From Octopus vulgaris (Eukaryota), in the NCBI GenBank assembly GCA_951406725.2, contig OX597820.1:119226001-119290000 (forward strand): a stretch of 64,000 bases of DNA, in the 5' to 3' direction. A program made the translations under genes and the position numbers. The notes beneath the pieces were generated by a model. That model had not been told where the DNA came from. It did not search any database and worked only from the letters and a program-made list of their open reading frames with translations. Positions 54,897 through 64,000 of this stretch are shown one piece after another (position 1 is the stretch's first letter; every line of letters starts with the position of its first letter).

Positions 54897-56002
54897 TAAC
54901 TGTATATATATATATCGGTAACTTTCTTTTATACTCAAAAACATGCAAGCTTAGGAAAAGTCACGTGATACTTAAACTGAAAAGCATGACCAGCGGAAAT
55001 ATTTGAACTAGAATTACAATAAGTATATAAATAAATAACTAAAATAAATAGCTAAAATTAACGGCGGTGCATCAGCATGGCCGCAGTGATGAGCTGAAAC
55101 TACAACAAAAAATATAAATAAATAACATAAAAGGTATCTAAGAAGATACCTTTTTAATCTAATAAGTAGAAAATATAATACAAGTGTACCATGGTTGGAG
55201 GAACAAAATGTTATTTTAGAATGGAAACACTTGGAAGACATATATAGAATTGATGCTATTTGAACAGACATGAAGAGAAGGAAAAAGATTCACCGAAGTT
55301 TAACAAAATACAGTACGTTCAGACTTGATTTCTAAAAGCTACGAGACTGGTTTTAAATGAAATTTTATGTAATGTGTGACAAATGATTTGCACCCTGGAT
55401 AAAATTCGAACGTATTTCAGCGAACATTAGTCTGTCATGTGAACTAACGCGATGAAATAATTGGTCTGCTCAGAGACAACGAATTGTTGGCAATGAAAAG
55501 AAGAAAGATTCACATCTTTTGAGAACTCAGGCATTTCAAATGTATAAAAATATAATTATAAAATAAGGTTAAAATATACTAGTTAAAAAAGAAATACGAT
55601 TTACCACGCAGTGGAGGAATTAAATAAATACAAAACACAAATAAATATAAAGGAATATAAATGAAAATATATATGAAATGTTCATGGAGTCGGTGTTAAC
55701 TAAAGTGAAAAGACAGGAAGCTTCAGTTCATTTTAATTTCTGTTATTTTACCAATTATTTATTTTCTTTTTGCCTTCGTGTAACATTTCTGCATTGTTAA
55801 ATATCTATTTCGAACGTGATATCTACATTTTCCGTGTTCTTCTGTTATGAAGTCATTACAAGGAATCGTGCGTTAATGGAATATCCACACTATGGTTATT
55901 GCCGTAGATGTTAGCACTGATGCGTAAGTCTGTGTTCCGACAGATACTTAGCTCTAATCTCGACACCGTCGTCTTCATCTTTTCTGCCTTCAAAGCCGTT
56001 AC

Positions 56003-56829
56003 ATTAATGATTTGGCATGTAGTGGGTAAATTTAAATTGAATGTTAATATCTCTCCTCAAATTGTCTCATCTGTCTTGTAGACAATTAAATATAATCTGG
56101 TGTTTTGCGGTCTATACGTATCTATTGTTCTATTCTGGTGTTATCCTTTAAAACCGTCGCACTTTTCGCGTACGAGTCTTAGAAAAATCTTAGGATCTTT
56201 TCGGTTTGAACGGCCGTTTTTAACATAATTTCTAGGTAACTAAAAAATTTTAAACTTCGTATACTGGTAGAATGTGTTTATAAAACATCTTTTTCTCTTG
56301 GCTTTATTGAGAAAATTCTATAGTTTGTAAGATATTCGTTGTTTTTTTTCTTCAATTTCTGCAATTTCAACCAATCAAATACATCTATTGAGGTAAAAAA
56401 AACATTCTGTGCCGTTTGAATATGTCCCTCGTTTAAGAAGCTGATTGGGTTTAATTACATTTCTGAAGAAAAAAAGATACCCTTTCCCTACCCCAAACCC
56501 TAACTAACCCTAACTAACCCTAACCCTAAAACAGATTGAAATGCAATAGATCGATACTAGAGTCATAATTATGGGTGACAATTTCATATGACTCAGCTAG
56601 AAAAAACTGCCGTTCAAACCGAAAAGATCCTATTAATGATCTGGCATGTATTGAATAAATTTAAATTGAATGTTAATATCTCTCCTCAAATTGTCCCATC
56701 TGTCTTGTAGACAATTAAATATAATGTGGTCTTTTGCGGTCTATACGTATCTATTGTTCTATTCCGGTGTTATTCTTTCAAACCGTCGCACATTTCGCGT
56801 ACGAGTCTTAGAAAAATCTTAAAATCTTA
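56003..56829. repeat. ~190-bp direct duplication bracketing a MITE, plus an extra 8-bp repeat
   Basis: 56003-56192 is similar to 56632-56821; followed by aaatctta at 56822-56829. Confidence 0.9.
56193..56630. mobile_element. MITE family M1, copy 3
   Basis: Both GGATCTTTTCGGTTTGAACGG TIRs present; internal CCCTAA repeats. Confidence 0.92.
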
Positions 56830-57169
56830 GAAATATCATAAAATTGACGATAACTCATCATACCTGTCTTAAAATCAGTATAAATTCTCTTTAGACGGCA
56901 AAATAGCCCGTATTATGTAAATATTTAAGCATCTGCAGAAATTGTGTGGTACATTTTGGCGCTGGAAACTTATTAGGAATACAGTATAAAGAGGATGGCT
57001 GGTTCTTGCGCCTTACTTTGGCTTCTTGTGACGTGAGTAACGGGATTGGTTTCTATCCACATAGTTTTTGTGTATAATATCAAAATCCTTCGGATACCTT
57101 AGGAAATGATGTGAAAATAATCATGTTATATTGATGCTCTTTCCCTCCCTTCTCCTCTCCCTGCATATA

Positions 57170-57432
57170 GAGTTGCGGCCAAAATGTTCAGCACGGTATT
57201 GTTTTCGTCAGAAAAGTAGGTATAAGTTTTTATTCAAGTTGTTTTATATTCTATAATTTTCAGGGACAATAAATACAATATTAATTGGTATTGTCTGAGA
57301 TTTTGGTGTAATTTAAGTGCATAATACAAAAGTTATGGATGATATAGTGATTTACTGCAAAACTTTGATAAAAACTTATACCTACTTTTCTGACCGAAAA
57401 CAATGCCGTTCAGAACATTTTGGCCGCAACTG
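57170..57432. mobile_element. Tc1/mariner-type MITE
   Basis: ~70-bp TIRs (c)agttgcggccaaaatgttc...aaaagtaggtataagttttta; TA on both flanks. Confidence 0.88.
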
Positions 57433-57481
57433 TATATATATATATACATATATGTGTATATGTGTGTGTGTGTGTGTGAGT

Positions 57482-57525
<44 letters not shown>

Positions 57526-57549
57526 ACAACTGGCACTCTGTTGGCAACG

Positions 57550-57715
57550 ACAAGTTCCAGTGATACATTCGACGAACAGCCTACTCTTAGAATTAACGTG
57601 CAAGTGGCCGAGCATTCCACAAACACGCGTGTACATTACCTAGTTCTCAGGGGGACTCAGCGTGACGCTGAATGTGACAGGGCTGGCCCCTCGAATTACA
57701 AGTACAGCTCTTTTT
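57550..57715 (-). mobile_element. Degenerate SINE family C fragment
   Basis: gaacagcct..aattaacgtgcaagtggccgagcattccaca..cagcgtgac matches ~17390-17525. Confidence 0.7.
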
Positions 57716-58503
57716 TGTCAGCTGATGGGACTGCAGAAACGTGACACAACGGGTATCAAAGTCATAACTTCTCAATCGTATATGCCTAACCAGTAAACCA
57801 CGCAAGTTTAATATGTATATATAGAAAAAGCTATGACAAACACAAGATGCTATTTATACCATGTGTTCCTTATGTATGTTTTAACATGGAAGCTACATGC
57901 ATCCTCTGTAGTCCGGGTTCATAATGTATTTGGATGCATGTTTGCAATAGTTCTTCAATAAAATTATGTTGTCACTGAAGTGATTGTTTGCGTATGTTGG
58001 CGTATATTACGAAATGAAGCATAGTTGAACTCTTATGCTTGAGATTAGCGGTTATATTCCCCAGGTGGGCTTAAGATTATGTTCTCTGATCTGATGACAC
58101 AAGTGGACAAAATTCCCGATGCTTCGGTGGTTGCTTTAATCCAGAAAAGACGTAGAACAATATGTAGAAACACAAAATCCGCTTCATCAATTTATTTATT
58201 CGTGACAAACATCTGCTAAGGACATCGTTCTTCATTTATCACGGCATTGACATCACTGTGTTGACGATGGAGTTTTGTTATCAACAAGTCTGTTACACCA
58301 CCGACCAGTATCTCTTCAGCGCTCGCTGAGAAAAGAAAAAATTACTGCATGTATTCGTATCCTAACTTCTGCGGAAAATAGCTTTTAATATGTTTTTTCA
58401 GACTCATTTTGGAAAATCTCTCTTCTTTGGTGCAATACTAGTGTAGTTCATTGCTGAGAAACTACCTCGATCAACGTGAATATTTACAATTTGGTTGTAC
58501 TGC

Positions 58504-58715
58504 AGTTCTATATTTATGAGATGAGGAATTATGTACATTACTTACATGATCTATAATTTCCGGATATTTGTCCTCATCTTGTTTCTTGTTACCACAACGT
58601 TTCGGCTCATATACTCTCCGCCCTTCATCAGGTGTCTTGGGGGAAATTTCGAACCTGGGTTCTCATTCCTATGGTAGTTTTCGATATTATTATTATTATT
58701 ATCATCATCATCATC

Positions 58716-58813
<98 letters not shown>

Positions 58814-58819
58814 CAGACC

Positions 58820-58879
<60 letters not shown>

Positions 58880-58966
58880 TAATAATAATTATTATTCACT
58901 GCCTGGAATCTTACTCGGAATCTTGGGATTGGTAGGTGACATTCCCATCCACTATACCATATGCCC
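58504..58966 (-). mobile_element. SINE family E (tRNA head + (AAT)n + hammerhead tail), older copy
   Basis: Decayed tRNA head at 58896-58966; HHR at 58593-58634; tail homologous to 60415-60603. Confidence 0.8.
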
Positions 58967-59672
58967 GTGGGCTACGTTCACCGCTACTCTACAATGTATC
59001 GTTACTATGCAGTGCAAGGCGTAGGTACTATATACGAAATAAATAGGCAACAGTGCAGCCTTCCAAAGCATAGTATGTTTATCGACCATCTGTGTCATTG
59101 ACTCTTGGGAGAATCTGTGAAACAGAAGGATTCTTACTGAGTGAACACAGTGGAGAACACTAAACATCCTCATCATTGCAGAGATTAGATGTGTTGACCA
59201 CATTTTATGTAGGAAGCTGTCAAAAGTAATATACCATATTATATTTAGGGATGTAATGAATTTGCAGCAAATGGACTACCATTATTTGGATTATTTGGCG
59301 GGGTGGGGCACAGCAGAAAGAGATTATAAAATGGGGATAAATGAGCAACAAGTCCTAGAATTCATACCTACTAAAGTCTAGATTTTGGGACAATTATATT
59401 TTAATCAGCTGGCAGAAGCTAAGGATATAGATAATCAAGAGCAGATTCATAAAGTTTGTTCACACATTTGTGGACCAATGCCTGTAGTGCGTATTTTACG
59501 CAATCACCTTGAGAAGTCAGGGATCTGCGATACATTCGTACATCTATTCCCATTAATCTCACCCCATTGTATATACAATTTATATACATAGATATCGCCT
59601 TGCAAAAACATATCCATATGCGCATATCATACCATATTACACACACACACACACGCACACAAATATATAATT

Positions 59673-59762
59673 TGGCGTAGTGGTTAAGAGCGCGGGATAC
59701 TAACACCAAAATTCCGAGTTCGATTCCAAGCAGTGACCTGAATAATAATAATAATAATAATG

Positions 59763-59834
<72 letters not shown>

Positions 59835-60603
59835 GCCCTGATGCAGTACCAGGTAGTGGCTCTCATGGCTTCTGATCTTAACTGATTGGAAGTGTTATCA
59901 TGTACATTGTTTTGTCTTGGTATAAAAGATGGGCTACAGCAAATATTCTGCTCAATACCACAGATTTGCTTGTCAGTTGTTTGACCTTAACCAGTTGAGC
60001 ATGTCCCTTAGTGGCTGACGATATGTGCATCTCTGATCACGAGCAGAAGTAGTGGGGGAGCATCATAGCCATGTGTTGAGAGGGATTCTTTGGGGTTTGA
60101 ATAATTCACCTCTGGAAACATGGGTGTTTCGTTCAACGTCCTTAAACAACCCTTATTCAGGGACCTTTTGAGCGGGATGGGTTACTCGATCTGAAGAAAA
60201 TTCTAACTGAGCCCCACCTGCAAGGTCATATGCTGTTTATCTTGATATGAGATCACCATGTCGCGCACATATGGTTGTGATGCATGTGCCTGGTGTACCC
60301 TTATCAGACGGGTAGTCATGATGGGTATATTGGGCTTCGTATATTTTACCCCAGTGTCACTTTGATGGCATGCTCTGCTCGCTCACTCAATAATAATAAT
60401 AATAATAATAATAACTTCAAAAAATGGCTTAGGAATGAAAACCCAGGTACGAAATTTCTCCAAGCCACCTGATGAAGACTGGAAGGTATATCAGCCGAAA
60501 CGTTGTGTTAACAACAAACATGATGAGGACAAATATGTCAAATGTAAATAATGTAAATGATGTAAATAATGTACAAAATTCTTCATCTCTTAAACATAGA
60601 ACT
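59673..60603 (+). mobile_element. SINE family E copy with a ~555-bp insert in its (AAT)n linker
   Basis: A box TGGCGTAGTGG at 59673, B box GTTCGATTCC at 59718; tail 60415-60603. Confidence 0.8.
60466..60507 (+). ncRNA. Minimal type I hammerhead motif in SINE E tail
   Basis: CAC CUGAUGA A GACUG[10 nt]CAGCC GAAA CG UU^GUG; one mismatch in stem II. Confidence 0.72.
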
Positions 60604-60732
60604 ATATAATATGTATATATATGTACATATGTGAATGTTTGTGTAGTTGTATTGCACATTTGTACGTACGTATACGCATGTGTAATGTGCATATACATGT
60701 TTACTTGTATATATAAAGTATAGATATATTGA

Positions 60733-60777
<45 letters not shown>

Positions 60778-60789
60778 CACACAAAATAT

Positions 60790-60919
60790 TGTTTCTTTCT
60801 GTGGAATAGCGTAGGCTCGAAACGTTAAAGATTTTTTCACTTCCCGAGCGTTAAACTAATACATCTGTTTGTTGTCTACACCACCTGTCTTCGCCTTTTG
60901 TTTTTTTTGTATGAATTCT

Positions 60920-60922
<3 letters not shown>
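60790..60922 (+). mobile_element. Solo Penelope 3' terminal-repeat fragment
   Basis: ctgtggaatagcgtaggctcgaaacgtta at 60799-60827; ends at (TA)n. Confidence 0.8.
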
Positions 60923-60983
<61 letters not shown>

Positions 60984-61814
60984 CGGTAGATACCATAAGA
61001 AAGATAAACCAAATTATGGCACATATGCCATCCATTACAAGTCTATTTTTCATTTTACAGTACATCGTCAGTGTACATAATATTCACAGCAATTATTGCT
61101 ATTAGTACGGTTTCCTACAAAAGAGATGAAATTATTAATGATAGAAAAATGACCGAAAGTAAAATGTAAGAAACTAAAAATATATAACTAAGAGTAAAAG
61201 CGACGTAGCAGCTTTAAGGATACTAAACTAATAAAATACGCGAGAAAAATATTGTATTTGTCACTACTATGTCTTCAAACACTCACACGAAGTATTATAT
61301 AGCTTTAACTTGTGTCCATAATAATTTCTCATTAGAGAACAGTTTCGTTTTACATATGGCCACTTGCTGCTAGAAATGGTTTGATTCATAATTGCCGGCA
61401 GCTAATATGTTCTGATGTCATGTATTTGGCTGACGAATGAAATTATCTCGGTGAAATTCTATATCCGAATGTGGTTTACATACGTTGATGGCTTCCAAAC
61501 GAGAAAGGATTAAAATATCTAATATATATGAATGTGATTATTCATTACATGCCTGTTGCATATGAGAACAGGATTTAAAACTTCCGGTGATATTTCATGT
61601 ATGAATGTGTCTTCAGAATTCGCTTAGCATTTCTCCCTCTCTCCATCTTTCACTCCCCCTTTCTCTCTTCGCGTAGGTTATATGATATTTTGAGTTAGAA
61701 ACATACTATATTAGTCAGGGAACAACCAAATAGCCCACAGATAAATCAACATACTGTCCAAGCTATTATATTACAAAATGTCATATATCCATACAAACAC
61801 AAAACATATATGGA

Positions 61815-61864
<50 letters not shown>

Positions 61865-62017
61865 CGTATAATGTATAACGGTATGTGCGCCCGTATGTAT
61901 GTCTGCATGTATATATATATATATATATATATACGCACGCACACACATACATATACACGCACACATGGATATTCCTGTTTTTCTTACGATGATGATAATA
62001 ATAATAACAATGATATT

Positions 62018-62082
<65 letters not shown>

Positions 62083-62458
62083 TAATAATAACAATAATAA
62101 TAATAATAATAATATTGCTTCCTTGTCATGGCCAGAATAATCAGGAAAGTATAAGAAAGTTGCAAAGAACAGATAGCAGAGTAATGTAGGCAGCACTTAG
62201 CAAGCTCGCTACGCATGCAAGACTGCAGGAGTTCCAACAAAACCTGAGTTAAAAGAATGATAATAATGGTAGAAGATCATTATTTCTAAAATCTTTCCCA
62301 TCATCGAAGCTATGATTTGGAAATTTTACAGGTGCAACGCTTATAAAACGTGCAAACTCTCTATTGAAACCCAATTTGTTAAGTTGTTTCATATTGAAAT
62401 ATCGTTGATGCAATTCGTTTAAAATACGTTCATAATAGTAAATGTTCACATGCAAATA

Positions 62459-62865
62459 GGCGCAGGAGTGGCGGTGTGGTAAGTAGCTTGTTTACCAACC
62501 ACATGGTTCCGGGTTCAGTCCCACTGCGTGGCACCTTGGCAAGTGTCTTCTACTATAGCCTCGGGCCGACCAAAGCCTTGTGAGTGGATTTGGTAGACGG
62601 AAACTGAAAGAAGCCCGTCGTATATATGTATATATGTATATATATGTGTGTGTTTGTGTGTCTGTGTTTGTCCCCCTAGCATTGCTTGACAACTGATTCT
62701 GGTATGTTTATGTCCCCGTTACTTAGCGGTTCGGCAAAAGAGACCGATAGAATAAGTACTGGGCTTACAAAAGAATAAGTCCCGGGGTCGAGTTACTCGA
62801 TTAAAAGGCGGTGCTCCAGCATGGCCGCAGTCAAATGACTGAAACAAGTAAAAGAATAAAAGAGT
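62459..62865 (+). mobile_element. SINE family A, full length
   Basis: Highly similar to 46916-47357. Confidence 0.92.
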
Positions 62866-63104
62866 AAATAGAGATGGGTTTCACTTAGTTATTTTTCTGT
62901 TTCTGCGACAGAGAGTCTTTCACAAATAGATTATTCTTATTCTTTCGCGATATTGGGTAGTTTTACAAGTAGATATATTGGCACATAAATTGTCTATCCC
63001 TGATCGATGGAAGACAAAGACAATCTTGTCGGGATTCCAACCGATAACTTAAAAACCTCGACCTCAATGCTATCGAACACTTCATTTGTTGCTCTACGGA
63101 TGAC

Positions 63105-63420
63105 TTGACAGCATTCACCCGGGGTGAGTGGAGCTGGCTTCATTCATTCTCAGTGCTGCATCTCTCACAAATGCCGACCAGGCCTGGCGATTTGAGGCTA
63201 ACGACCGCGTGATCTCCAGCCACTCCTTATTCCAGCCGCGAACGCCGTAGATATGGGGGGGGGGCCCAGGTTGAGTTCCAGATCAGTCTTGACTGTCATC
63301 AGCCAGGATCTTCGTTGTCCACCACATCGCTTTCGCCAACCCTGAAGGGGAGCTTCTCCCAACAGGGATTATACTTGCGGCAGGGGACCGTTAGCGAACT
63401 TCCTATTCCCAAGATCCTTC
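63105..63420 (-). pseudogene. RTE-like LINE extreme 3' fragment
   Basis: Minus strand GWRKRCGGQRRSWLMTVKTDL...ASNRQAWSAFVRDA. Confidence 0.65.
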
Positions 63421-63440
63421 AAATATTCCTCATGTATATC

Positions 63441-63778
63441 TGGCTCAGTGGTTAGAGCGTCGAGCTTACGATCGTGAGGTTGTGAGCTCGAATCCCGGAC
63501 CGGGCTGCGTGTTGTGTTCTCGAGCAAGGCACTTTATTTCACGTTGCTCCAGTTCACTCAGCTGTAGAAATGAGTTGCGACATCACAGGTGCCAAGCTGT
63601 ATCGACCTTTGTCTTTCCCTTGGATAACACTGGTGGCGTGGAGAGGGAGGCTGGTTTGCATGGGCGACTGCTGGTCTTCCATAAACAACCTTGCCCGGAC
63701 TTGTGTCTAGGAGGGTAACTTTCTAGGTGCAATCCCATGGTCATTCATGACTGAAGGGGGTCTTTACTCTTTACCCTT
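63441..63778 (+). mobile_element. SINE family D (tRNA-Arg-like head, CORE-like centre)
   Basis: A box tggctcagtgg, ACG in anticodon-like loop, B box gctcgaatcc; gagcaaggcacttt..gctccagttcactcagctgtagaaatgag centre; tttacc-like tail repeats. Confidence 0.92.
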
Positions 63779-64000
63779 ATATCTACGGATTCTGCAAGCG
63801 AATTCCCTCCAAATGTGTTGTAATAAGAATCGTTCAGAATAAGGCAGTGGCACTACGAAACTTGTATGGAGACTTCATTTAGTACATCAACCAGTTGTTT
63901 CTGCATATGTTTATTCAGAGTTTAAGCATTCATAGCAGGATGATGACTCCCACAAATTAAAAAGAATATTATAAATGCGAATTTATTATTCTTCAAAGAT

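Noticed and set aside
63441-63510. tRNA genes at SINE heads (also 47797 and 59673)
   Set aside because: Acceptor stems are not complementary and the heads continue into SINE bodies

Overview
AT-rich, microsatellite-saturated eukaryotic DNA with no recognisable host protein-coding gene. The repeat repertoire (several tRNA-derived SINE families, RTE LINE, mariner and DD37D fragments, hAT/Tc1 MITEs) looks like an octopus or other coleoid cephalopod intergenic or intronic region; this is inferred, not verified. The only large coding unit is a 5'-truncated, frameshifted Penelope-like retroelement (RT + GIY-YIG, ~22.9-26.4 kb). The strongest hidden signal is a set of about six hammerhead-ribozyme (HHR) motif families, with over a dozen copies read by eye on both strands. 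They include canonical type I HHRs with palindromic stem III, an A6U core variant with a compensatory stem-II change, a possible U3-A8 variant, and an HHR in the tail of a tRNA-headed SINE present in two copies. Other notable structures are a GG-terminal, 8-bp-TSD MITE carrying telomeric repeats (one copy with a 190-bp flank duplication plus excision footprint), fixed-junction SINE multimers and several fold-backs. All folds and family assignments were made by eye.
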